A stretch of 64,000 bases of DNA, taken from the NCBI GenBank assembly GCA_964610105.1, contig CAZSUU010000015.1:11600-75599 (forward strand), written 5' to 3'. This DNA is from an uncultured Verrucomicrobiota bacterium. Its GTDB lineage: Bacteria > Verrucomicrobiota > Kiritimatiellia > PWTM01. Each line of letters opens with the position of its first letter. Position 1 is the stretch's first letter. Positions 10,515 to 19,509 of the stretch are shown here, in pieces. Under the pieces are notes generated by a model. That model was not told the DNA's origin. It worked only from the letters and a program-made list of their open reading frames with translations, and did no database searches. The position numbers were made by a program, and so were the translations under genes.

Positions 10515-11783
10515 ATGAAGACGACCTGCACGCGACGTTCGTTTCTCCGGGCCGGCGCCGTGGCGGCGACGACCACCCTGGCGGCGCGGGCGCTCGATGC
10601 CGCCACCCGCGCCCGGGCGATCGGCGCGAACGACCGGATCCGCCTCGGGCTCATCGGCTGCGGCGGACGCGGCGTTGGCGCCCACCTCGCGGCCGTGCGC
10701 GAGCACGCCCAGGCGGCGAACCTCGAGGTCGTGGCGGTGACGGATCCCTGGCGGCCGGCCCGGGAGAACGCCGCGGCGAGGGCGAAGGAGTGGCTCGGCC
10801 GCGAACCGCGCCTGTGCTCGACCTACCGCGAACTCCTCGCCCTGCCGGAGGTGGACGCGGTGATGATCGCCTCCCCCGATCACGCCCACGCGACCCACCT
10901 CGAAGCGGCGGCCAGGGCGGGCAAGCACGCGTACTGCGAGAAGCCGATGGCCATCGGGATGGACGAGCTGATCCGCGCGGTGGACGCCGTGAAGGAGTCG
11001 GGCATCGTGCTGCAGGCCGGCACCCAGTTGCGCAGCACGCCGGGGGCCGTCGGCGCCCGCGACCTGCTCAAGACCGGCGTGCTGGGCCGGATCTCGCGCT
11101 GCGAGCAGGTGCGCAACGGCGACCGGCCCTACTGGTACGGCTACCAGAAGAAGGAGGTGAAGAAGGAGGACCTGGACTGGGCGGAGTTCACGATGGGACG
11201 CACGCGGCGGCCGTTCGATCCGACGCTCTATTCGGCGTGGTACGGCTACTACGAGTTCTCGCAGGGGCCGGTTCCGCAGTGGGGCAGCCACTACATCGAT
11301 CTCATTCACTTCGTCACCGGTCTGCACCTGCCCGAGACGTGCGTCTGCCTCGGCGGCGTCTACACGTGGAAGGACGAGAACCGGTTCACGGCGCCCGACC
11401 AGGTGCACGCCCTCTGGCACTATCCCGAAGGCGTGATGGTGAGCTACACGACGAACTTCGGAAACAGTTTCGGCAACGGCACGCGCGTGCTCGGCGAGAA
11501 GGGCCTGCTCCGGCTCGACGACGCCGACAAGCCCGTCTACACGGCCGAGGGCGGGATCAAGCGCGACGGATCGATCCGGGGCGAGAACAAGGTCACCCCG
11601 GTCGCGTGCCCGGACCATTTCCTCAACTGGTTCCAATGCCTCCGCAGCGGCGCCACGCCGCAGGCGCCGCTGGAGGCGGGCTACCAGCATTCCGTCGCGT
11701 GCATCATGGCCATGACCTCCTATGAGACCGGCGGCCGCACGCGCTTCGATGCCACCCAACGCCGCATCGTGAAGGAAGGCTGA
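10515..11783 (+). CDS. Tat-exported Gfo/Idh/MocA family oxidoreductase
   Basis: Twin-arginine signal MKTTCTRRSFLRAGAVAATTTLAARA. Rossmann motif RLGLIGCGGRG and the EKP motif. The opposite-strand ORF 10278..11936 was rejected. Confidence 0.8.
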   Translation: MKTTCTRRSFLRAGAVAATTTLAARALDAATRARAIGANDRIRLGLIGCGGRGVGAHLAAVREHAQAANLEVVAVTDPWRPARENAAARAKEWLGREPRLCSTYRELLALPEVDAVMIASPDHAHATHLEAAARAGKHAYCEKPMAIGMDELIRAVDAVKESGIVLQAGTQLRSTPGAVGARDLLKTGVLGRISRCEQVRNGDRPYWYGYQKKEVKKEDLDWAEFTMGRTRRPFDPTLYSAWYGYYEFSQGPVPQWGSHYIDLIHFVTGLHLPETCVCLGGVYTWKDENRFTAPDQVHALWHYPEGVMVSYTTNFGNSFGNGTRVLGEKGLLRLDDADKPVYTAEGGIKRDGSIRGENKVTPVACPDHFLNWFQCLRSGATPQAPLEAGYQHSVACIMAMTSYETGGRTRFDATQRRIVKEG

Positions 11784-11793
11784 GCCGGTTCGT

Positions 11794-13323
11794 ATGAATA
11801 CCCGCGCATGGGCATGGGTGGTGGTGGCCGGGTCGGCCCTGTGGGCCCCCTTGTCTCCGACCAGGGGCGCGGCGGCCGGGCCTTCGCTGTTCAAGGCCGG
11901 TTTCGCGGAGGCGGACATCACGCCGGAGGTCGGCATGGAGGTGCCCGGCGGCTACGGCAAGGCATTCCACCGGACGTTCAGCGATCCGTGCAAGGCGCGC
12001 GCCGCGGTGTTCGACGACGGGCGGATGCGGATGGCGGTGGTCAGCGTCGATGCGCTGGTCGTGCCGCGCGGCGTCGTGACCGCGGCGAGGGAGGAGATTC
12101 GCAAGCGGTGCGGCATCGAACCCTCCGCCGTCCTGATCGCCGCGACCCACTCCCACTCCTCGGGCCCCACGGGCATGGTGCAGCCGGGCGAGTTCGACGG
12201 CGCCCCCGAATTCGTCCGACGGCTGGCCTATGAACAGTCGTCCTGCGCCGATGCCGCCTACCTGGAGCGGGTGCGCCGGCAGATCGTCGCCGCGGTGACC
12301 AACGCCCACGCGCGCCGGACGGACGTGCGCTGCGGCGCGGGCTTCGGCCACGAGGATCGCGCGGCGTACAACCGCCGCTTCCGCATGAAGAGCGGGCCGG
12401 TGTTCACGCATCCGGGCAAGGGCAACCCGGACATCGTGGAGCCGGCCGGGCCGATCGACCCGCAGGTGGGCGTCCTCGGCGCCTGGACGACGGACGACCG
12501 CCTCGCCGGCTGCCTCGTGAACTACGCGTGCCACGCCACCACCGGCGCGGCGGGCATCTCCGCCAATTGGATCTTCCACCTGGAGCGGGTGATCCGGGGC
12601 GCGTTCGGCGCGGAGGCGATCGTGCTCTTCCTGCCCGGATTCTGCGGCGACGTGACGCAGGTGGACAACCTCGACCCCCGCCAGTATCGCTCGGGCAAGG
12701 GCTCCGCCGCCTTCGTCGGGGGCCGGGTGGGCGCCGAGGCGGTGAAGGTGCTTCTGGGGATGGAACCCGGCCCTCTCGGACCGCTCGATGCCCGATCGAA
12801 GGGGATGACCCTCGCGCGGCGCAGACCGGACCCGGATCGCGTGAAGCGCTGCCTCGAACTCGCGCAGCGGAAGCCGGAGGAGGTGGGCGCCACCGAGTGG
12901 ACCTTCGCGAAGGAGATCGTGCTGCTCGACGCCGACCTCGCCCGCCGGCCCGCCGCGGAGGCGGAGGTGCAGGCCCTGCAGATCGGACCCGTCGCGCTGT
13001 TGGGCAACCCGGGCGAGGTGTTCTGCCAGTTGGGGCTCGATCTCAAGAAGGCATCGCCGTTCCCGTTCACCTTCCCGGTGGAGCTGGCCAACGGATTCGT
13101 CGGCTACATCCCCACCGAGGAGGCGCTCGGCGAGAAGGGCGGCGGATACGAGACGCGGCTGACGAGCTACAGCAACCTCGAGCCGGCGGCGGGCCCGAAG
13201 CTCAACGCGGCGGCGCTGGAACTCGCGCGCGCGATGACGCCGGGGGCGCTTCCCGAGCCGCCGCAGGTCCCGCCCTTCAAAGCGCCGTGGTCCTACGGCA
13301 ACGTGCCGCCGGAACTGAAGTAG
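11794..13323 (+). CDS. neutral/alkaline non-lysosomal ceramidase-like hydrolase (N-terminal domain family)
   Basis: Signal peptide, then the GYGKAFHR and ATHSHSGP motif arrangement seen in neutral ceramidases. 509 aa. The antisense ORF 11704..13365 was rejected. Confidence 0.55.
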   Translation: MNTRAWAWVVVAGSALWAPLSPTRGAAAGPSLFKAGFAEADITPEVGMEVPGGYGKAFHRTFSDPCKARAAVFDDGRMRMAVVSVDALVVPRGVVTAAREEIRKRCGIEPSAVLIAATHSHSSGPTGMVQPGEFDGAPEFVRRLAYEQSSCADAAYLERVRRQIVAAVTNAHARRTDVRCGAGFGHEDRAAYNRRFRMKSGPVFTHPGKGNPDIVEPAGPIDPQVGVLGAWTTDDRLAGCLVNYACHATTGAAGISANWIFHLERVIRGAFGAEAIVLFLPGFCGDVTQVDNLDPRQYRSGKGSAAFVGGRVGAEAVKVLLGMEPGPLGPLDARSKGMTLARRRPDPDRVKRCLELAQRKPEEVGATEWTFAKEIVLLDADLARRPAAEAEVQALQIGPVALLGNPGEVFCQLGLDLKKASPFPFTFPVELANGFVGYIPTEEALGEKGGGYETRLTSYSNLEPAAGPKLNAAALELARAMTPGALPEPPQVPPFKAPWSYGNVPPELK

Positions 13324-13532
13324 AGGCCAGAGCCCGAAGCGCCTTGAGGCCCGTACGTTCGACACGGCGCCGGCGTGCCGTGCCGAAGCGGAGCCATCGC
13401 AGGTCGCCCGGCTCGCCCTCCAGACGCGTCCCCGGATGGACTGCTTTGTGTTCGCCCCTCGCGCGCAAATGAGTAAACTGGATGGCCAATGGCCCGGAAT
13501 GTGATGTGGTATCGCACATGAGGAAAAGAACC

Positions 13533-14822
13533 ATGAAGTTCAGAATGTCGGCGGTGTGTCTGGCGACCTTGTCGCTCTGTGCTCTGACGGTGCACCACGC
13601 GGCGGCCGAAGGATCATCGGCCCCCGTCGTGAAGACGGGCGCGCGGGTGGCCGTCATCGGCGACTCCATCACCGAGCAGAAGCTTTACAGCCGCTACATC
13701 GAGACCTACCTCGTCGCGTGCCAGCCGCAGCTCGACGCCCGCGTGATGCAGTTCGGCTGGAGCGGCGAGCGCGCCGCGGGATTCGCCGGCCGGATGGCGA
13801 ATGATCTCACCCCCTTCAAGCCCACCGTCGCGACCACCTGCTACGGGATGAACGACGGCCGGTACGGTCCCTATTCCGACGAGGTCGGCAAGTCGTACGA
13901 GGATCCCATGCGCGACATCGTCAAGCGGCTCAAGGCCGCCGGCGCGGTGGCCGTCGTCGGCGCACCCGGCGCCGTGGACACGAAGTACTACCAGCGCGGC
14001 TCGCCGGATTCCGCGAAGGAGTACAACGCCACGCTTGCCCGCCTGCGCGACATCGCGCGCCGGGTGGCCGCGGACGAGGGCATGCCGTTCGCGAACGTGC
14101 ACGACGTGCTGATCGAGACGATGTCGAAGGCCAAGGCGGCGCGGGGCGAAGGCTATGACGTCTGCGGCGGCGATGGCGTCCATCCCGCCCCCAACGGCCA
14201 GCTCGCCATGGCCTACGCGTTCCTCAGGGCCATGGGATTCGACGGCGACCTCGGAACGATCACGGTCGATCTGGCCGGCCCGTCCAGCGCCGCGAACGGC
14301 CACCGCATCGTCGGGCAGGAGGGCGGCACGGTGCGGATCGAGAGCGCCCGGTACCCGTTCTGCTTCAGCGGCGACGAGCAGTCCTCCGGCAGCCCGCGAA
14401 GCATCCTCCCCTTCCTGCCGTTCCAGCAGGATCTGAACCGCCTCACGCTGGTCGTCCGGAACGCGAAGGGACCGAAGGTGAAGGTGACATGGGGCGACGC
14501 GGCGAAGGTCTTCGACCGCGCGGACCTGGAGAAGGGCATCAATCTCGCGGTCGAGTTGCCCGAGAATCCCTTCTCGCCGGCCTTCAAGGGCGTCGACGGC
14601 GCCGTGGGGAACAAGCAGGCCTTCGAGACCTTCATGATCAAGAACAACATCACCGAGTATCCCCAGGCGAAGAGGTTCATCGGCCAGGACGCGGAGGCGC
14701 TGGCCGCGCTGGAGGCATTCCACCGCAAACTCTGGGAGCGCGAGGAACGGCTGCAGGCCGCCGTCAAAGCCGCCTTCCAGCCGGTGCAGCACACGATCGT
14801 GGTTGAGGATGCCGCGCCGTAG
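13533..14822 (+). CDS. secreted SGNH/GDSL-family hydrolase (lipase/esterase/carbohydrate esterase)
   Basis: AGGAAAAG Shine-Dalgarno sequence 8 nt upstream. Signal peptide MKFRMSAVCLATLSLCALTVHHAAA. Block I VAVIGDSIT, block III GMNDG and block V GDGVHP are present. An alternative start exists at 13518. Confidence 0.72.
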   Translation: MKFRMSAVCLATLSLCALTVHHAAAEGSSAPVVKTGARVAVIGDSITEQKLYSRYIETYLVACQPQLDARVMQFGWSGERAAGFAGRMANDLTPFKPTVATTCYGMNDGRYGPYSDEVGKSYEDPMRDIVKRLKAAGAVAVVGAPGAVDTKYYQRGSPDSAKEYNATLARLRDIARRVAADEGMPFANVHDVLIETMSKAKAARGEGYDVCGGDGVHPAPNGQLAMAYAFLRAMGFDGDLGTITVDLAGPSSAANGHRIVGQEGGTVRIESARYPFCFSGDEQSSGSPRSILPFLPFQQDLNRLTLVVRNAKGPKVKVTWGDAAKVFDRADLEKGINLAVELPENPFSPAFKGVDGAVGNKQAFETFMIKNNITEYPQAKRFIGQDAEALAALEAFHRKLWEREERLQAAVKAAFQPVQHTIVVEDAAP

Positions 14823-14978
14823 CGGCCTCGCCGACGCCGGGAGCGGTTCTGCATGGCATCCGTGGCCGCGTCGTCCCGCGACGCACCCGCCGCCTTTGCC
14901 ACCTTCTCGGACGCCGTACGCGTCCCTGCGCCGCGGCGGGGGGTGTCGTGCGGTCCGGGTTCCCGGTTGGCCGCCCCC

Positions 14979-17882
14979 CTACAGGAAGAAACCCTGTTCA
15001 TAGATGGCGCGGTTATCGGCCGGCGGCGCTCCGGCATCGGGCCGCGAGGATGCCGGGCGAGGCGCGGACAGCCCGACCTTCCACTCCCGGTACTGCTGGC
15101 GCACGCGATCCAGCACGTCGGCGAAGTACTGGAGGTGAGGATTCCGGTCGTCGATCATCTGCCCCAGCCCTATGAAGGTGTAGATGTTCACCCACTCCCC
15201 GCCCACTTCGATCTCGAGGTCCGGATTCGGAACATAGTAACCCCGCCGAAGCCGCAGGAAGAGCCGCCGGTTGCGGGGCGCCGGGCTGAACATCTCGTTG
15301 CCGGCCAGCGCCGCCGTGATCGCCCCGCGATGCCGGCGATGCAGCGGCAGGACGCGATTCGGGAACTGGCCCAGGTGGTGCACGATGTCGCCGGTCTGGA
15401 GGCCGGGGACCGCATACTCGATCTTGCGGCGCAGCAAGTCCTGCAGCAGCGCCACCATGACCTCGAAGACGAAGAACTCCATGCGGTGCCGGTCGATCTT
15501 GTGAAGCTGGCCGTCGGTCTTCACGTTGACCGCGGCGGGGGCCAGCAGATCGTAGATCCGCCCCAGGCTGTCGCGGGCGTAGCCGGCCACCATGAACGCC
15601 TGCCGCAGCGCGACATGAAAGGCCGTCCGTCCGAAGTTGTCACGCAGATGCGGATTCGAGCCCTGCCGCATGAGATCCTCGACAAGATCCGGCATGCCGC
15701 GACAGGCCGCGATCATCAGCGGCGTCTGGTTCAGCGGATTCCTGAAGTCCACGCCGTATTTCTCCAGTTTCTGCCGCAGCACGGTCAGGCTTCGCTCGGC
15801 ATAGTCGGCCTGATACTTGCGCTCGATGTTCGGCAGTTCCGCGACGAAACGCGCCGCGCGGCTGAACTTCATTTCTTCCAGACGGCAAAGGCGTGGGAGG
15901 TCGCAGTACGTCGCCGCGTACTCGAACAGCAACTGCTTGGCCTGCTTGTTGAATCGTTCCGGATCGAACGCCTCGCGGTCAAGGTCCGCGAGGTTCGAAG
16001 GTGTCAGCACCTTCCAGGGGACCGGCTGCTGGGACAGGATCGTTCGCCGGATCGCCTCGGCCTGCTCCTCCTTGCCCTGCATCTCCAGCCGGCGCGCCTC
16101 GGTCTTCCACTCCTCCGCGGTCGAGGACTGCGACCGGACCTTCACGCCCGTGGTGGCGGGGCGAAGATCCAGCAGGGCGAGGAACGGGTGGACGCCGTGC
16201 TGCTCGACCACGTACAACGTTCGCACCGCCCTCGTGACGGCGACAAAGAAGGCGTTGATGAAGAACTTGTAGACGTCCAGCGACTTGTCCGTCTTGTCGC
16301 GCGCCCGCGCATACTGGAGCTCGGCCTCCAGGTCGGCGGCGGACACGCCCTCGGCGATCTCGGCAAAATCGCGGTTCGACGACGACACCATGTTGAACAG
16401 CACGATGGTCTCGTATTCGAGCCCCTTCGCCTCCTGGATCGAGAACACCAGCGGCGTGCGAAACGATCGACGGGCCCCGGCCTTGTCCTCCTCCCGCAGG
16501 ACGATCACGGCCACGCGCGCGGAGCGGCACGTCTTGTCGTCCAGGTCGCGCACGACCGCGGGGCCGGCGTCGAGCAGATGCGCTTCTCCCTCCACTCCGG
16601 CGGTGCTGCGGGCCAGGTAGGTGCTCTCGCGGTCCACCGAGCCGAACCGCGCGTTCTTGACCCGCAGGATCCGGTTGGCGAGGTCGGTGATGCAGGGGGC
16701 GTTGCGGTAGTTGGCGTTGAGGATGCGCACGATCTCGGCCCGCCCCTGCATCCGCTGCTCGTAGAACATGCTCTTGAGGGCGGACCACGAGAAGAAGTTG
16801 GGGTGCACCACCTGGTTCGCATCGCCGCAGAGCACGAAGTTGCCGGGCTGACGCAGGGCGGCCAGGACCAGGTGCACCTGCATGTTGGTCAGGTCCTGCA
16901 CCTCGTCCAGCATCACGGCATCGTAGCGCTTCTCCACATGCGCCTGCGCGCGGTGCGACTCGATGTTGAGGTCGTAGAGGCCGTCCTCCGCGAGCCAGGA
17001 CCGGTACTTCTCGAACAGGGCGTACACGGCTTCGCGCTCGTCGGCGTTAAAGATCGATCGCCGGACGCCCAGCGACAGGTAGTCCTCCCGCTCGAGCCAG
17101 GGCCGGTCGACGGCGGCGCCGGTCAGCACGCCGCTGAACTCCTCGAAGAGCCGGTGCGCGTCCTTGACCGGCGAAGCGGTCCGATGACGGGCAAACCAGC
17201 CGGCAAAGGCGCGGAAGCTCACCGGCCGTCCCGCCGGAACCCGCACACTCTCGAGGTACTCCTTGAACGACAGGAAATCCACGTCCTGCCGGTCGTTCTC
17301 ATACCCGTGGGAGAAGTAGAGGCGGCTGGCGTGCTCCGCCAGGAACGGGGAGAGCGTGATGTACGCCACCTCGCCCGTCAGCCTCTTGAGTTTCTCCAGC
17401 ACCACGGCCGTCTTTCCGCTTCCGGCCGAGCCGATCAGAATGAGGGGCGGAGGCAGGTGCAGGGCCTCGTGCTGGTCGTCGTCGAACGAGAGCACCTTGT
17501 CGAGGAGGTGGAAATACCGCCGCCCGGGGTGCACGTACGCCAGGGCCAGGGCCTCGGCGGCCGCATCGTCCGGCGGGGCGTGCAGCGGTTGGAGTCGGGT
17601 CTCGTCCACGACCGCGCCGTTCAGGAACCGCGCGCGGTCATAGGCATGGTTCTCGATGATCTCGAGAAGGAGAATGCACCGCGCGCCCGCGTAGTCGCCC
17701 AGGCGGAAGACCAGACGGTCGGCGGCCGACAGTTCCGCGCGGTAGTACGGCGTCGGCGTCAGTTTCTTGACGTTGGCCGCGCGGAAGTCGCCGGCCCGCA
17801 GCGCCGCGACCACCCGCTCGAAGGCCCCTGCATGACGACCGGGGTGTAGATCCCCGTGAACCAGGATTTCCATGGGGGGCAT
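14979..17882 (-). CDS. UvrD-like superfamily-1 helicase with an N-terminal RelE/YoeB-like segment and C-terminal ankyrin repeats
   Basis: Walker A LILIGSAGSGKTAV. DExx motif II MLDEVQDLT. Motif III LCGDANQ. Motif V/VI SIQEAKGLEYETIVLF and VAVTRAVRTLYV. Residues 40-90 (KKLTPTPYYRAELSAADRLVFRL...CILLLEIIENHAYDRA) follow the RelE/YoeB toxin pattern. The C-terminal NPLNQTPLMIAACRGMPDLVEDLMRQGSNPHLRDNFGRTAFHVAL is an ankyrin repeat. The antisense ORF 14853..17849 is junk. Confidence 0.8.
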   Translation of the reverse strand: MPPMEILVHGDLHPGRHAGAFERVVAALRAGDFRAANVKKLTPTPYYRAELSAADRLVFRLGDYAGARCILLLEIIENHAYDRARFLNGAVVDETRLQPLHAPPDDAAAEALALAYVHPGRRYFHLLDKVLSFDDDQHEALHLPPPLILIGSAGSGKTAVVLEKLKRLTGEVAYITLSPFLAEHASRLYFSHGYENDRQDVDFLSFKEYLESVRVPAGRPVSFRAFAGWFARHRTASPVKDAHRLFEEFSGVLTGAAVDRPWLEREDYLSLGVRRSIFNADEREAVYALFEKYRSWLAEDGLYDLNIESHRAQAHVEKRYDAVMLDEVQDLTNMQVHLVLAALRQPGNFVLCGDANQVVHPNFFSWSALKSMFYEQRMQGRAEIVRILNANYRNAPCITDLANRILRVKNARFGSVDRESTYLARSTAGVEGEAHLLDAGPAVVRDLDDKTCRSARVAVIVLREEDKAGARRSFRTPLVFSIQEAKGLEYETIVLFNMVSSSNRDFAEIAEGVSAADLEAELQYARARDKTDKSLDVYKFFINAFFVAVTRAVRTLYVVEQHGVHPFLALLDLRPATTGVKVRSQSSTAEEWKTEARRLEMQGKEEQAEAIRRTILSQQPVPWKVLTPSNLADLDREAFDPERFNKQAKQLLFEYAATYCDLPRLCRLEEMKFSRAARFVAELPNIERKYQADYAERSLTVLRQKLEKYGVDFRNPLNQTPLMIAACRGMPDLVEDLMRQGSNPHLRDNFGRTAFHVALRQAFMVAGYARDSLGRIYDLLAPAAVNVKTDGQLHKIDRHRMEFFVFEVMVALLQDLLRRKIEYAVPGLQTGDIVHHLGQFPNRVLPLHRRHRGAITAALAGNEMFSPAPRNRRLFLRLRRGYYVPNPDLEIEVGGEWVNIYTFIGLGQMIDDRNPHLQYFADVLDRVRQQYREWKVGLSAPRPASSRPDAGAPPADNRAIYEQGFFL

Positions 17883-18002
17883 ATCCTCACACGCGCCGGG
17901 AGAAGGTCAATGCGGATGTGCGCCACCCCGCGCCGGCCGCCGCTCCTCGCCAAAACCGGCCGGCGCTGGTACAGTAGGCGCGTACCAACCCATGGAGCGA
18001 CG

Positions 18003-18632
18003 ATGAAGAGACTGAACGTGCTGATCGGCGCGGGATTCGTGGCGGCGGGCACGGCGGCCCTGGCGCAGACGCCGCCGCAGCCCTCGCCGGAACAGATGGA
18101 GCAGATGATGAAGGCCCTCGGGCAGCTGGGGGCGGCCATGGCGGCGAGCACGAACGCCGCGCCGCTGGTGAGCCACAAGGACCTGAAGGCCCTGCTGCCC
18201 GCCGAGCTGCCCGGACTCGCGCGCAAGGGGTCCGAGGCGGAGACCGGGGGCGGCATGGGCGTGCGGATCTCGCGGGCCCAGGCGGACTACCGCGACGACA
18301 AGGGCGCCGAGATCACCATCGAGCTGTCCGACCTCGGCGGCATCGGCGGCCTGGGGGCGATGGCCGCGGCGGGGTTCGCGATGGCGGACATCGACAAAGA
18401 GACCGACGAGGGCTACGAGCGCACCTTCGACCACAAGGGGCACAAGGCGAAGGAGGAATACAACACCCAGGACAAGGCGGGTTCCATCGAGATGATCGTC
18501 CGGCAGCGGTTCTCGGTGAAAATCCACGGCTCCGGCGTGAAGGCCGAGGCCCTCAAGGGCGCCCTGGAGAAGATCGACCTCGCCAAGCTGGCCGCGCTCA
18601 AGCCCGCCCCGGCGGCAGCCCCGCAGAAGTAG
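18003..18632 (+). CDS. hypothetical secreted protein
   Basis: Internal ATG with a GGAG sequence upstream. Signal peptide MKRLNVLIGAGFVAAGTAALAQTP. The mature protein is Ala/Gly/Lys-rich with no recognisable family. The N-terminal 49 codons of ORF 17856..18632 overlap the helicase start region. Confidence 0.45.
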   Translation: MKRLNVLIGAGFVAAGTAALAQTPPQPSPEQMEQMMKALGQLGAAMAASTNAAPLVSHKDLKALLPAELPGLARKGSEAETGGGMGVRISRAQADYRDDKGAEITIELSDLGGIGGLGAMAAAGFAMADIDKETDEGYERTFDHKGHKAKEEYNTQDKAGSIEMIVRQRFSVKIHGSGVKAEALKGALEKIDLAKLAALKPAPAAAPQK

Positions 18633-18765
18633 GGGCAGGACGCCGGCGCGCGACCTTAAGGCCAACGCGGGGAGTTTCAGGTTGCGAGTCAAGGACTGTT
18701 CCGCCCGGACATGACACGCGGATGCGTGGGGTGTTTTCCGTGAGGGTCCTCCGTGGCGAAGGGCG

Positions 18766-19509
18766 ATGGATGGGATGAGCCGGGAGCGTCTCGACATTCT
18801 GGTCGTGTCGCGGGGCCTCGCGGAGAGCCGCGAGAAGGCGCAGCGGCTCATACGGGCCGGCGCCGTCCGGGTGGCGGGCGCCGTGCGCACGAAGCCGGGG
18901 GAGGGCGTGAAATCCGACGTCGAAATCGCGGTGGACCCGCCCGAGCGCTTCGTCAGCCGCGGCGGGGAGAAACTGGAGGAGGCGTTCCAGCGGTTCTCCC
19001 TGCGGGTCGAGGGGCGGGTATGCGCCGACCTGGGCGCCTCCACCGGGGGCTTCACCGATTGCCTGCTGCAGCACGGGGCGGCCAGGGTCTACGCCGTCGA
19101 CGTCGGCCGCGGCCAGCTGCACTGGAAGCTCCGCCAGGACCCGCGGGTCATCGTGATGGACGGCCGCAACGCGCGCCATCTCGGGCGCGCGGACTTCCCG
19201 GAGCCCGTGCGTTTCGTCGCGATCGACGTGTCCTTCATTTCGTTGACGAAGATCCTCCCCGCGGCTAAAGACATCCTCGAACCCGGGGGCGAGGCGGTCA
19301 CGCTGATCAAACCGCAGTTCGAGGCGGGCCGGACCGAGGTCGGCCGGGGCGGGGTGGTGCGCGACGAGGCCGTGCGCGCCGCGGTGGTGGAACGCGTCCG
19401 GGCCTTCGGCTCGGCCGAGGTGGGGCTGGAATGGGTGGGTGTATGCCCGTCGCCCATCCGGGGGCCGGCCGGCAACGTGGAGTTCCTTGCGTATTGGAGA
19501 CGGCCATGA
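18766..19509 (+). CDS. tlyA: TlyA family rRNA (cytidine-2'-O)-methyltransferase
   Basis: S4 domain RLDILVVSRGLAESREKAQRLI followed by an FtsJ-like methyltransferase with GASTGGFTD. The tlyA-nadK adjacency is conserved in many bacteria. Confidence 0.8.
   Translation: MDGMSRERLDILVVSRGLAESREKAQRLIRAGAVRVAGAVRTKPGEGVKSDVEIAVDPPERFVSRGGEKLEEAFQRFSLRVEGRVCADLGASTGGFTDCLLQHGAARVYAVDVGRGQLHWKLRQDPRVIVMDGRNARHLGRADFPEPVRFVAIDVSFISLTKILPAAKDILEPGGEAVTLIKPQFEAGRTEVGRGGVVRDEAVRAAVVERVRAFGSAEVGLEWVGVCPSPIRGPAGNVEFLAYWRRP

Noticed and set aside
10278-13365. Long minus-strand ORFs 10278..11936 and 11704..13365
   Set aside because: Antisense to the Tat-oxidoreductase and ceramidase-like genes. Arg-rich junk.
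14853-17849. 998-aa plus-strand ORF mirroring the helicase
   Set aside because: No motifs. The minus strand has the full SF1 motif set and ankyrin repeats.
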